From positions 34,162,001 to 34,226,000 of the forward strand of contig CM060732.1 of NCBI GenBank assembly GCA_030704615.1: a stretch of 64,000 nt of DNA. The letters are read 5' to 3'. The translations under genes were made by a program, and so were the position numbers. Positions 10,953-23,200 of this stretch are shown here, one piece after another (the stretch's first letter is position 1; every line of letters starts with the position of its first letter). The notes beneath the pieces are model-generated. The model did not search any database. It was given only the letters and a program-made list of their open reading frames with translations, and was not told the origin of the DNA. The stretch comes from Takakia lepidozioides. Its lineage: Eukaryota > Plantae > Bryophyta.

Positions 10953-13407
10953 GTGACTTGCTCTCCTCCAGTCGAGATCCGTAGCTATGCCGAGCCTTAA
11001 TCCTTTGCACCAATATTCCCAACAAAAGCAAGAGCACTTACAATGCAACCGCGGAAAGCACCAGAGCTAACTAGCTTGATCAAGAACGCTTACAGCCCTT
11101 CATGCGTGCTGATTTTTCAAGGTGACAACAACAGATCTGCTATCACTGATTATGAAAGCCTTTCCATGGAGTTGGCACAGGCTGCCCTCAAGTTCTGGAT
11201 TGTTCACATAGACCGAGCATGTCATGTAGTGAGTTGGGCCCCTTCTGTCTTCAAGGGACAGGCAGTTTCAGATGACACCACATTAATGCCTAAATTGTCA
11301 TCCTTCCCTGCTCCTTTTTATCTGATTCCTCCACGGTCAGATTCTTCAAGCCGCATCAGATTCCAGCTTACAAGCCTTTCAATTGACGCTCAAAGTGCCA
11401 CATCCACACTTGCTTGGTTATTGGGCAGAACTGACGTCGATAAGGCAAGAAGGGAATTTTCTGGATCAGACCAGTGCATTGATCATTTCCCAAGACCACG
11501 TATGCTGCTTCTTTCGGCGCTTCTCCAGAAGCCAGAGTCATGAAGTTATGGCGCTCCCCTCAGCAAACCATCCGCCAGCGAGCCTATTCACAGTTCTGCT
11601 CTGTCCATCTTTCGCAACAGCAGTTTTGCTCTCTTGCAAACCCTAGCTTCTAGTCAGCGCAAGTCATCCCTTCAATTCTTGATGGCCTTGCTCCCTCCTC
11701 TGGCAGGTGCATAAGTTACAAAGCTGCTTCACATGTTTGCTCATCCTCCAGCATTCAATGAATGGACGAATGGCTGCACTGCATGACACCACCAGGCAGT
11801 AGAATACGCCAAGTTCCTTGGTATTCCTATCTCTTGCTCATTCCACAGCCCCTCAACATTACCAATCACATTCGAAGCTCTTGGAGTTCCTGCTCCTGGT
11901 ACGATTCAATTGCAGCAAAAGCCAGACATGCTAGAAAAACTGCCAGACTCTGATCAGGCTAAGAAAGAAGATACAGCCACTGTGACAGCTGCCAATGTGC
12001 CCACATGCGTCAAGAAAGCTACAGCCCAACTTCAGTGGAAAGATGTGCTTTGCCTGCAGAGGAGCCTGATACAGACAGTATGTTCAGTTTGCCACTTGCA
12101 GGACCAGGCTCTCTAATTGAGGAGCCAGAATGTGGAAATGATGAAAATGGAGAGAGTGAGGTGTGCTCTACTGCAAAGGATGTTGGAGTGGGCATCTTTC
12201 AAATTGCTACCCCAGGTACAGAGGAAACGAAGAGAAGTTCGGAGGAAGGAAACATGCGGGTTGCCAGTGATGGTATTGCTATTGACCAGGATGCTACCTC
12301 AGAAAATCAATTAGATTATGCTCTTCCGCTGCCTTTCCTGACCGCACAATACGTCACTCTTTCCCATTTCTTCCTTAACAGCTGCTGCGCCTCACTGAGG
12401 CTCGAAGAACTGCTACGATCACATGTTCGATCTCCAAGTCTTTACGTCCGCTTCCACCTCATTTCTTCCCTGCGTTTGTGTGGGTGTGACGAGGAGCAAG
12501 GTAAGAGGCACTTGCAGTTACCCTGCACACGACCTCACTGACCGCTTCTAGTCGGTGCACATCGAACTAAGGCGAGCAGCCCATACTCTACCTCCTGACT
12601 GCCCCACCTCGCCCTCTCTGCACGCCGTTCCATTCTCCCTCATCTCCATCTCCAGGCACGGAAGTTCTACTCATCTGCTCGATTACAGGTACCCCTTTAA
12701 GTCTCGCACTTGGTCAGTTTCCGAACGGCCAATCGCTGCTACACCATGATGTCTCCTCACCGACCAAAACGAAGGCTGCTTCCCCGCAGTATAGCTCCGT
12801 CCTGCCCCGGCGGCCTCATGCCAGAACCAACGCTATCCTCAACCAGTAGAACAAGACCAGTTCTTTGCCCCTGCTTGCCATGCAGCCTGCCTCCATGGAC
12901 CATCTATATACCCAGAAACCAATGATGATCGAAACCAGCATGTTTTTTTTTTTTTTAAGCTTCTCAAACTAAGCATTACTTACACACAGGTAATCATACA
13001 AGTGCTAACCCTCAACTCCTACCTTGCACTCACAGGTAAGAGCTCATCTTTCTCGAGTGATAAGAAGCATAGAAACACTGTTGACACAAAACATATGAAA
13101 TCCATCTCTATCACTCTTTATAATAGAAGTCGAGCCAGGGGCACCCCAAGCTATGGGGACTCCACCCCACAACAACCTACACTCCCATCATGAGTACACT
13201 CAAATCTAAACACATGCAGGAGCTCGGTCGCGTAGGCTCAACTCGAGAAAGATGAGCTGCGCGACTGCCGCTCTCGTGAAGATAAGACGGACCAGGTGTC
13301 AAACTAAACTTGACACCTGATTTAACACTTGACCGAAATCCAAGTGTTAAATACAAATAGCTAGTTTTATGCTAGCTGTTTTCACACTGTGCTTATTTAA
13401 CTTGACA

Positions 13408-13900
13408 TCTTCCTCCTCCCCTTCCACGTCATCTTCTGCGTTTTTGGGATCCTCAGTCGGAGGCAGACGCTGAAGGCCCACCAAATTGTAATCGTACAAG
13501 GCCGTATCCCCCTCAAATGAGAACACAAATCGGTTCGACATCCTTCCCGCCCACATACAGGCACCTGCAAATTCATACGACACAACCACAACCAAACTCA
13601 AGAATGAGTCGCTTCCTTGCACAAACAAACATACACAAACGGAAATGGTGTCAATTTTGGTGCCGCATTCAATTAACGTTCTCACCTGTATTTGCAGTGA
13701 TGTCGAGGACCCTGCCTTCAACATCCGTACATGTTTCCATGAGCGTCTGGGATGAATGCAGGACTCTTGGTCCTGCCATACCTCCATGGGTTGCCCGACA
13801 AATCACAAAGAATGTCCTTCTCTCCCACATGGTTGAACAGGACGTTACACTCCAGTGGATCAACTGTGGAATCAACAAGTCTTCCTGTTTCACGTAATTT
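13408..13900 (-). pseudogene. Amino (N4C/N6A) DNA methyltransferase-like C-terminal (SAM-binding) region of the element A passenger gene, two exons
   Basis: NVLFNHV...GNPWRYGRTKSPAFI/QTLMETCTDVEGRVLDITANT, then a GT-AG intron at 13565-13685, then GACMWAGRMSNRFVFSFEGD. Fits the beta-class pattern K-P..L..LI...T....VLD...G.G...A....R.....E.D. Confidence 0.65.
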
Positions 13901-14630
13901 GAATTTCTAATGTTTCTTCACGAAGCAAAATGCCTGAAAGATAAGAGTCTGCAGAGAAGGAAATGTCCTGGAGGTTTTGCTCCTCCGCAAGCTCCAGCAG
14001 GTTCTGATCGTCGCCAAGTCGTACCACGTTGTCGTCCTCTCCTTCTGTCAGCTCAATGGGCCGCCCTTCTGCAGATCCAACTCCCACATCTCCAGCGGCC
14101 TCCACCGTATCCGTGTTTTTTGAAATTGACTGCAAACCCAATATCTCCGCTTCCAGTCTCCCTAGGGGTTTTACTGGCGAAGCCATGGGCTCCTTCTGCT
14201 TCCTCGGCTTCCGAACTCTAGGTGGGCTTTTCTGAGGCGATATCTGAGGTGTTGAATGAGGACTCGCCTACCTCGATGCACTTCCACCTTGCGAGCGCAG
14301 CACCCGGGCAGGAGTATCCAAAGTTGACTGTGTTGCTTCGCCCCCCTGCGATCCCTCCCCAGCTCCCATGTCAAACAAACAGGAAAACATGAGACACTGC
14401 ACACAAAAAAAAGGTGTAAAAGGAATATTGCGTATGGAGTGCTTCACATCCGCAAAGCACGAATCTCTCACTGGTGGGCGATCCGAGTCTCCGGATAACG
14501 AGGTCTGCATTTCATGCATGAGACGGAGCTTAAGTCGTGTCGTCGGCGGCTTCCCAAAATCCCGCGTCCTCCTTCTCTTTGCCGGAGTCGCCTGACCTTC
14601 CACAAACTCTATGCTACCACTATGCCGCAT
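13901..14630 (-). pseudogene. N-terminal exons of the element A passenger gene (basic then acidic low-complexity)
   Basis: ORFs 14268-14630 (PAKRRRTR, NLS-like) and 13890-14186. Same strand as, and directly upstream of, the MTase-like exon; probably joined to it by an internal deletion. Confidence 0.4.
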
Positions 14631-14879
14631 AAAGAGAGGAAACGCAGGAGAATGTCACTGCAGAAGGGCAAGGAGCGAGAGAGCGAAGCGGTCGAACATG
14701 CAACCACTATGCACGAGCAGATGTGTAAGCAGCCACGTCTCCCGAAGCGTTGCCACCGTCCACCACTTTCTGCCGTATGGGTGATGAAGAGATTGTGACC
14801 CCTGACACGTTTGCACAGATGAAGTCGACTGGAACACGACGCGTGCCAGTTCCAGCCACCAGTACAAGACGGTTCATCC

Positions 14880-16195
14880 GAATTGCGGCACCGAAATACC
14901 TTCCGTTCACCGGATGCTGTTCCCGGAGCAGCCGACATTGAATGAAATATCCGCACATCATGAAACCCAACCGCCATGAAAATCCCCTGCCTATGACATT
15001 CAACAGTCAGGTCGGTACGTTTCATCAGCGGACGGATGAATTTCGGCGCCGAAATTCATCCTATTCAAGTGCTTTCGTACACAAACTTACAAATTTCGGC
15101 GCCGCAATTCATCGCTTCCAAAGTCCTCATTCGTTATGAGCAAACCTGTCAGTGGGATATCGGAGCCGGAATTAATTCCGGGACAGTGGAAACGGCTGCA
15201 CTTGGGCACATTTCATCCATATTTCGGCGCCGAAATTCATTACGAATATCTCCGTCCGCGCGTAGACGAGGTGAAATCATCCATATTTCGGCGCCGAAAT
15301 TCATCCAGAGCGAAGACTAAATCGGCACCATGCTATGCTTTGCCGCCATCATTGCCCCTGACGGATGCTGTCCATGCCTGTTGGACTTGCCATTTTTGGA
15401 CATTTAACTATAATTTCGGCGCCGAAATTATACTTTATGTGCGGCAACATCCAGTGCGAGAAAGACCACTTAATGGATACTGTCGGTTTCAAATGAAAAA
15501 AACGGCTAAAATGCAATTAATTTTGACAGAAGGGGTTCAATATGCCGATTTCTCCATTAAATGTAGAATATTCCTGTTATCTTCGTCGGAACGGTGTATT
15601 TCCAACGATTTACCGAAAATTATATCATCTAGAAGCAAATAGTAAGTGTCGGGTTTGGACGAATTTCGGCGCCGAAATTCATCCATTTCAAAGAAAAATA
15701 AATATTGGAGGGAGGGCATTGGATGAATTTCGGCGTCGAAATCCGGCGCTCAAACCCTGAAAAGAATTTGGAGGGATGGAGTCGGTTGAATTTCGGCGCC
15801 GAAATTCATTGCTCGCGAAGAAAAAAATAAAATTCGGGAGGACTTTGGATGAATTTCGGCGCCGAAATTCATTGCTCGCGAAGAAAAAAAATAATTTCGG
15901 GAGGACTTCGGATGAATTTCGGCGCCGAAATTCATTGCTCGCGAAGAAAAATAATAATTTCAGGAGGACTTCGGATGAATTTCGGCGCCGAAATTCATCG
16001 CTCCCGAAGAAAAAAAAAAATCGGGAGGACTTCGGATGAATTTCGGCGCCGAAATTCATTGCTCGCGAAGAAAAAAAAAATTCGGGAGGACTTCGGATGA
16101 ATTTCGGCGCCGAAATTCATTGCTCGCGAAGAAAAAGGAAAATTAGAAGGGAGTACTTGGATGAGATTCGGCGCCGAAGTTCATCTGTCGCAAAG

Positions 16196-16231
<36 letters not shown>

Positions 16232-16700
16232 TCAGATGAATTTCTGCACTGAAATCCATCCGCAGGGCAGCAGAATTAGGGTCGGAAAAGGAGATGAAGA
16301 ATGAATTTCGGCGCCGAAATACATCCATTCTGCCGATTTAGGATTACTGTCATTCGGATGTCAGCACCGATATCCGGACACGTGGTGAATCACGACTGTA
16401 ATCAGGAACACATTCATCCGTATTTTGGCATCCAAATTCAACCCTCATGTGCAGAAACAATTTGATGAAGAAGATGTTCATCCGAATTTCGGCACCGAAA
16501 TCCATCCGTTGGGTGCTTGGTCAGTTTCATGAGGTGAACAAATTACTATTTCTGTCGCCGGAATTCATCCCCTGGCTTCCAAATTTATTACATGACAGAG
16601 ATGTTCATCCAGATTTCGGTGCCGAAATTCATGGGAAGGCCTGATTTATTGTAGCCCAAGTGGTTGTACATTACAATTCAGGCACCAAATATCCGATGTG
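14880..16700. repeat. Regularly spaced array of the 24-bp palindrome ATGAATTTCGGCGCCGAAATTCAT (about 24 copies)
   Basis: Core hexamer starts counted at 14887, 15045, 15098, 15162, 15226, 15290, 15418, 15668, 15732, 15795, 15858, 15921, 15984, 16045, 16106, 16170, 16245, 16310, 16363, 16427, 16491, 16554, 16618, 16681. Confidence 0.95.
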
Positions 16701-17008
16701 AACTTGCTGTTGTCGTCCGTTTTTGTAACGTACGTTACATACCTTCATCTTTACGTGCACCGATCACCCATCCTGTTGGATACAGAATCCTCCAGAAAAT
16801 CATTTATGTTATTAGGTAGGACACACTCTTCTCACTGCAGGACTTCGCTGCGGGAGCGTACTGAGAGGTCCCGTCTTCAACATGGACTCCCGTGTTTGGG
16901 TAAACGTGTACTTCCATCCTGATTCTCTGAAAGCTAAAATACGTTCCACGAAATCCAATTCCCAGTCGTCATCCTCCTCCCACGAGAAGCTCTTCGCCCC
17001 GCATACCG

Positions 17009-17428
17009 GTGGGTGACCCCGCAGCTTGGCCCACCCATCGGTGGGGGAAACTGAAAAGACGGCGGCCACCAACAAAGGCGAACGACACCAGGATGGCCAA
17101 CGCTCTTGCAATGCCCTGCATAGTGCAAGGTTGCAGGGATGTTCCTCACCCCGGGATGGGGCGCATATTTCAGTTGTCAACAGCCGGGTCTGCTGCGCGC
17201 AGTGTCGTGTATACAATCACGGTTTCACAGTACCCAGCTTGCAACTGTGAGGACTTCCTTGTTATGGAATCGAAGAATGCAGCATACGTCCCCTGCAAAC
17301 ACCTTTATTACATTTTTCTGAAGCTCATGAGTTGCATATCCGCAGTGGACATCTTCATCCATGCTCCAACACTGAGTTTCAACGAGCTGCACAAGGCCCT
17401 ACGGCACGACACTGGTCGGACTGCTTGA
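17009..17428 (+). pseudogene. SWIM zinc-finger C-terminal remnant of a MULE-associated protein
   Basis: YTITVSQYPACNCEDF...YVPCKHLYYIF (CxC-x(n)-CxH); no DDE core upstream. Confidence 0.75.
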
Positions 17429-18111
17429 CATTCCACATTCAGGAAGGAGAAAGTGGCAATTATATTACATTCATCTTCTTGCACCCTATTTTTTTGTGAG
17501 GAATTATACACTTGGTGGTGCCGCATCGCCATGGCTACATGTGAATTTCGGTGCCGCAATACATGAGAATGTGGTTTTTGGCCATGAATGGCATGCGTAT
17601 GTTTTTTTTATTTTGGTTGTCTACAAATGGATCCGAGTAAAGCATACATTGTGTGGAGATTAACGGGCATTGAGGCCTATTTCAGCGCCGTTTATGGTCT
17701 ATGTACTCCATAGTGCTTCCTTGTTACTTCTCTTCATTCAATTTGTAGTGATTTCGCAGCCCATCCTGGCGTTTTCGTCCACCTTTATGAGAAGACTCCA
17801 ATTTGCTACAAATACATTGTTACTGTTCTGCAAATGTGATGCCTTTACAAGATTGCTAGTTCTGTGTCCCAGTGGGAAGGGTCCTACTGCACATTCCAGC
17901 ATTTGCATACTGCACCTTGTGCAAACAGCAATCCATACGACAAATGACACGTCCCAGCATACTGGCAGTGAATTGCAAAAAACCTTGACAGAAGATTATC
18001 CAAGCATGTATATTCCCCATATGGCACAGGGAAGTTGCTTGATTTCTGAATGAAAATGTATGTGCCATGAGTGTTGGCGAGTCGAAACATGTCTACTCTA
18101 GCATGCAAGAC

Positions 18112-18663
18112 CTATGGTCCCCTCGCCCAAGAAGAAGGAACTCTAACTGGCCTCTCAAGGACCTCCTGAGTGACCGGGTGCCTATATTTGAACAAAATGT
18201 CAGTGGTTTCTGTCGCACGGTTGAAACTAACGAGGATGTCGTGTTTATCGATAGCGCCCCCTTGGTAGAAGGACATTTTCACAGTAGGCCCTGTGTTCCC
18301 CTCCTCCTCATCCTCATAACTGAAGAGAATGTCCCCACTTTCCGAGCCAGTCCGTCCACGCGTAAAGTTTTCACCTATGCACTCATCATACGTCCACTCG
18401 CAACAATTCCAGCGATACAGCAACGCTGTGCGTGATCTGTTCGGCTCCCACTCATGCGGAAAGTCCAGGTCCATGATGCGTAGGAACCACCTGCTCCCCA
18501 GCCGGGGTCCAGGAGAATCGTGCAATCCTGGAAGAAACTCCATTGCTCTCAGCTGGACAAGTCGAGGATCGTCCCTGTAAACATCCAGGAAAACAATGAT
18601 GTCGTGTGCTTTCGGGAAAATGACTCCCGTCTGGTGTCGATAGATGTGATTCGGGCACGACAT
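18112..18663 (-). CDS. Unknown ~180-aa cargo ORF of element A
   Basis: Uninterrupted, compositionally complex ORF (MSCPNHIYRHQ...) converging on the SWIM ORF. Confidence 0.45.
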   Translation of the reverse strand: MSCPNHIYRHQTGVIFPKAHDIIVFLDVYRDDPRLVQLRAMEFLPGLHDSPGPRLGSRWFLRIMDLDFPHEWEPNRSRTALLYRWNCCEWTYDECIGENFTRGRTGSESGDILFSYEDEEEGNTGPTVKMSFYQGGAIDKHDILVSFNRATETTDILFKYRHPVTQEVLERPVRVPSSWARGP

Positions 18664-18779
18664 GGCCTCACGACATAGCACAAACTCAAAGCAGGGAGGA
18701 GATGGGCACAACAGAGAAGAGTGAAGAGCAAAATGAGAGCAAGGCCTCCCTTACCGTAAGGCGGGTATTTGCTCTCCGG

Positions 18780-19240
18780 AGCCCAATTTTGGCGCCGTTA
18801 TTGGATGGAGTGCGGAAGCTTCAGCCGAGAATTTTGTTTCCGCAGGTCAATTTCGGCGCCGTTATTGGTTGCAATCCCTAGCCTTCAGCCGGGTATTTGG
18901 TTTCTGGACCCAATTTCGGCGCCGTTATCGGCTGCACTCCGGTGGCTTCAACCGAGTATTTGGTTTTCGGGGCCCATTTCGGCGCCGTTATCGCCTGCAC
19001 TCTGGGTATTTGGTTGGTGGAGCCCAATTACTTTCACCGTTGTTGGCTTCACTCCCGAGCCTTCAGCCGGCTATTTCTTTTCCTGTGCCCAATTACGGCG
19101 CCGTTATACCCAACCATCATGCACTTCTGCAACAGTACTATCCACGGTTATAGGTCGTCATTGCGTTTTCGGAGTCTGCAAACCCGGATCCTAATTCCGC
19201 TTGCGTCTCTGCCTCTGGGATAATTTCGGTGCCGTTATTG
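18780..19240. repeat. Subterminal ~63-bp repeat carrying the variant site CCCAATTTCGGCGCCGTTAT
   Basis: Cores at 18791, 18855, 18918, 18981, about 19033, 19097 and 19228. Confidence 0.85.
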
Positions 19241-19274
19241 CCCAGAATTCAGTTTTTCTATGACCTGGCCTAGC

Positions 19275-19499
19275 GGTCCATGAGCCTGGGCTCCAAGTCA
19301 TGAGCGTACACTGGTACTCATGAGCGGAGTGCTTCCAGCATGAGCGCGGAAATCTTCGATTTTTGATTATTTTATAGTTTTGGGCCCGAAAAAAATCTGC
19401 CAAAATTCGAAGTGTGTTACTTTGCGGCTCATGGGTGAGCCATGCCCGCTCATGAGCTCATGAGCTCACCGCTCATGAGCTCATGGAATAGCAACCCCC
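19275..19499. repeat. Probable right terminal (TIR-like) region of element A with reiterated GCTCATGAGC palindromes
   Basis: Repeated CTCATGAG units ending AATAGCAACCCC; the same end is seen at 29059-29071. Confidence 0.6.
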
Positions 19500-20498
19500 A
19501 TACAATACAGTTGGACAACACACCTGAACACCCGTGAACATCATCCACCGGCACAAGGTTGCTATGAATTTGAGTTCCCACATCCTCATGTTCAAGATGC
19601 GAGCACAGTTCAGTTATGACCTATCATTTATGCGTCTCATGTAAATTTCCAAGAAGACAAGGTCGATGGAGTTTCACATACAAACTGCTGTCATTCCCGC
19701 ACCACCAATTCCATACACTCTTGTTAAGTGTGGCCATGGCTTCGTGACATCCACGACTGTATGGCTTATGTAAACATTCGCATATTTTCGCCAGGTGCCA
19801 TAGCTTGGGTCATGGTTGCTGTATCCTGTACATACATGTGAGGTTCTAGTATGGAAAATGGTCACCAAACCCCTTGCATACCACTTGGATGCAACAATGT
19901 TTACAGTCACTGAGGGAGCTCATTCCATGTCATTGCAACGCACCAAATCTCCTTATAAAAGATGAAAATGAATGCAAGGGATGCGACTTCACAAATGGCA
20001 TTTTCTTTCACCACGGAATTGCTATGAATACTGTAATACCATTTCCATGCAACATAACAACTTCGCCTGGCATACAAAATCACGTTAATCAAGGGTGAAA
20101 TGCAGGCATGGAGCGAAGGGAATATGGATATGTACTCTGCTGCATTCATAAAATGTACAATGTAGCTTTAAGAACGAACCCCTCCATACATTCCATAGAA
20201 AACAAGAAAACTTTGCAGTTTCCTCAACTTCCAGCCTATGCGGTTTATTTGGCCTGGCCCTTCACAGTTCGCGACGATCCAGCATGCATCAATATTTTCA
20301 GTCACTGAGCGAGCTCATTCCATTTGCATGTGCAACGCAACAAATGTCTTTACAGAAGAAGATGAAACAGAATGCCATGAAACATCATGAAAACATACGC
20401 ATTCTTACACTCAGCATACTGCAATGTCATTGTGGCCAAGCAAGAAAAAATGGAATCGTCATAAGAAGACATCTGAATTTCCGCCTGCCCCATCCTCA

Positions 20499-22690
20499 TC
20501 AGGATGTGTACAATTGCCTCTTTGCATTCATTCGTTCAGGCACAGGTGGCAGATGATGCTTTCTACCGCGTGCCTCCAGAAAATCCTTCCATCTCACAAA
20601 TGAGTTGGTGTTTCCATCGTCAACCTCAGTGAGAGTGGGGTCGTCCTGGGGATGATGAATACCCTCCTCCATTGTGGACGTCAAATCGCAAATTTTCCCT
20701 TTGGCTGCTCGAACCATAGCAAGAAGGTGTTGCTGCAAAACCGTGCTCTGTCTGGTCATGTCGAGAACCCGCTCGAACTTAGTTGATATCATTCCCAGCA
20801 ATGGCAGTCCTGGACTTTTCTGAGACGAATATGGTGATGAGTTATGTGTGGAAGGAAGGGGAGGCGCTTTGGAGCGCATTGATGTGGGTGATTGCGGTGG
20901 TGCAAACAGGCTATGAAGGCCTCCTCTGCTGCTGCCAATAAGGCTTCCACAGTATTTTGCTATGGTGCCATCTTCCAAGTTGGGGTGCATCATTTGCAAA
21001 ACCTTCACCTGATGCGCACACATATTCCCTTTGCGGGCATGACGACAATCGCAACACCCCCAGTTGGACTGTGGATTGTGAACCGTATAAGTAGTCCCGT
21101 CATCCCAAATACATTTGACAGTTGCGATGCCCCCTTCTGTTTGCGGAAGGTTGACATTGCAATCCGGAATCTGTTTGGCAAGCAAAATAGAGCTACAGAC
21201 GAAGCCTTCGAGTCGCTTATTACGGATGAAGCCATATGTTTTGGCATAGGACATATACCAATAATGAGTGAGCAAATCACCTGTGAATTCATGAATGAGC
21301 CAATCGACTCGTCTGCTAACCAGTTTAGTCTTTGTGCATTTCAACTGTGCCTTCATATTTCCATGATAAGCTTCAATGGCGGCATTTGTGTCTTGTCCTG
21401 CGTGTGGAATGTTGCGAGAACCCAATGTCCACATCTTAGCTTTAGGAACCCACTCCTGCTCCAAGTAGTCACAAAGAGGTGTGAATTGACAATCACCTGA
21501 TTGCTTTTATTTCAGCATCTGCGTCATCAACAATGAAAGCATGTGGGCACTGCCTGGTCACCCTGAAGCTTCCCGTTCAGTGCAGACATCCATGGCTCCA
21601 AATCGATTGCCTTTGATCTCGCTGTGATGATGAATGCAACTAGGATTCCATTCAACCACTGGTCGAATACCATCATGGTGTATAGCGGGTACTACATAAA
21701 CAGCAGTCAATGTACAACAATTCAGGCAAGTTTGAATTGAGAAAGATGTGAGGAGGACCTTTGTACGATGTGGGGATGTAGTATGGCAAGTACACTGTAA
21801 ACCTGGCTTCAACGATTGTAATGAAGAAAAAATAGAGATCACACCTTCTTCTCATTGGTTCCGAAGGTGGCGTCGCAAGCGACAATTCTATGATGGCCAA
21901 ATTTCAACATTTGATCTCGCTGCCACACTGTTTGTATGCCAAGAACGAATGGAAGATCAAGCTTGATGTCACTGGATGTCCAAGCCTTGTGGTTCTTTTC
22001 TTCTTGGTAGTAGAAAACACTGGCCATATTTTCATGCACCCACATGCGGACACTCTGGGCATCATTTGGGTGTTTTCTGAATGTCTCTTCATCGCATAGC
22101 GTCGCAATATTGCGTATGTCTTGGGAGAGGAGAAAAGTGTCACGGTTGACGTCCAACCCTTGCTCCATCAACTCCTTCACTCGCATGGTGTGCTTGGCCA
22201 TTATCTTGTTTATGCTTAGCCCAAGACGCAAATTGTGCAAAGTCCATGACTTCATGTCATCACTAAGATGGGGAGCCATTGCACTTGGATTCAACTGACA
22301 TGAAGGTCCGTGGCATATCTCACCTCTTCCATTTACATGTTGTTTCTCATGATAAACTATCTCTGCCATAGCAGGGTCCAAGTAGCATTGTTTGACAGCA
22401 AATCGGCACATGCAACCTCTTTTCATGCCTTCTCCTGTTTTGCTGTTTGTAGTCCTTACTTGTTTTGGTTTTTGTCCTTTGGATTCCGGCCCTACTCTAG
22501 GCTTCCTCCCCCTTTTCTTGGCTGGACCTGCACGCCATTTTTTGGCATGCATAGCATCTGTTACCTCCACAGTGTTTTGGGTATTGTCTTGTGGGCCATA
22601 GGCGCAGTGATACCTATGCCAAAAACATGAGTGGCCTTTTAGAACCGCTCCTATGAAAAGCAGAAGTGCATGGCTAGTGGGATTGGACAC
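20499..22690 (-). pseudogene. Mutator-like (MULE) DDE transposase with SWIM finger, intron-containing, decayed
   Basis: KRGCMCRF...HVN..CHG; PFVLGIQTVWQ; ACDATFGTN (D1); intron; YPLYTMMVFD; AFIVDDA (D2); TNAAIEAYH (E); CDC..GNMCAHQ (SWIM). Has a frameshift and lacks the CxxH region. Confidence 0.85.
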
Positions 22691-22989
22691 AACCTATATA
22701 GTGGGCAACATTCATTTCATTTTTCATTTTCATGAATTCATACCTTGTAATGTTCATAGCACTATTGATGCGTGGTGCCTGAAGACTCCCAGCAGGGGTG
22801 CCCTTTTGTCGATGACTTCGGAAGGTGCATGGGGCCTCCTTCAGGGAGGACTCACGAGCAATGAAGTCGACCACCCGATTCCAAGGGATATATGCAATTT
22901 CAGTTGTGTTCTAATCAGGTGTCTGTCCATGCCAGTGGGACCTCCATTGCACGTCATGGTGTGTGAAAGTACATGTCTTTGGTGTTTGT

Positions 22990-23200
22990 AGTCACAGCCC
23001 CTCATAGCCCGTCACAGCCCCACATGCCACAGGACACAGCGTGTCATAGCCCCTCACAGACCGTCACAGCCCCACAGGCCACATGGCACAGCCTGTCACA
23101 GCCCCTCACAGCCCCATGTTTTTTTTTTCATTCCGTTTTTGAATGGGGCGTGTGACGACTGACAGCGTGTCACAGCCCTTCACAGCCCCACAGCCACTCA
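22990..23200 (+). repeat. GTCACAGCC(C) short-unit array
   Basis: Directly visible reiteration of a ~10-11 bp unit. Confidence 0.85.

Larger units (their letters stand above)
1696..13407 (-). mobile_element. Ty3/gypsy retrotransposon carrying a C5 DNA methyltransferase domain
   Basis: Domain order gag-ZnK-PR-DNMT-RT-RH-INT. Termini TGTC (1696) and GACA (13407). TCTT direct repeat at 1692-1695 and 13408-13411. The empty site restores the host reading frame. No paired LTRs were visible. Confidence 0.85.
690..19499. mobile_element. MULE-like DNA transposon 'element A' (internally deleted; interrupted by the gypsy insertion at 1696-13407; left boundary uncertain)
   Basis: Same TTTCGGCGCCGAAA-type motif at about 748, 13659, 14887-16690, 17549 and 18790-19235. 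SWIM ORF on +, passenger gene on -. CTCATGAG-rich right end finishing AATAGCAACCCC at 19499. The passenger reading frame is continuous across the gypsy insertion. Confidence 0.6.

Noticed and set aside
11043-12925. Plus-strand ORFs inside the retroelement 5' region
   Set aside because: No recognisable motifs; possibly captured fragments, but unsupported.
15688-16328. ORFs with repeated EFRRRNS / MNFGAEIH peptides
   Set aside because: They are translations of the DNA palindrome on both strands.
14880-16700. True CRISPR array
   Set aside because: Eukaryotic TE context, no cas genes, central spacers are tandem copies, and repeats degenerate at both ends. Reported as a phased palindrome array instead.
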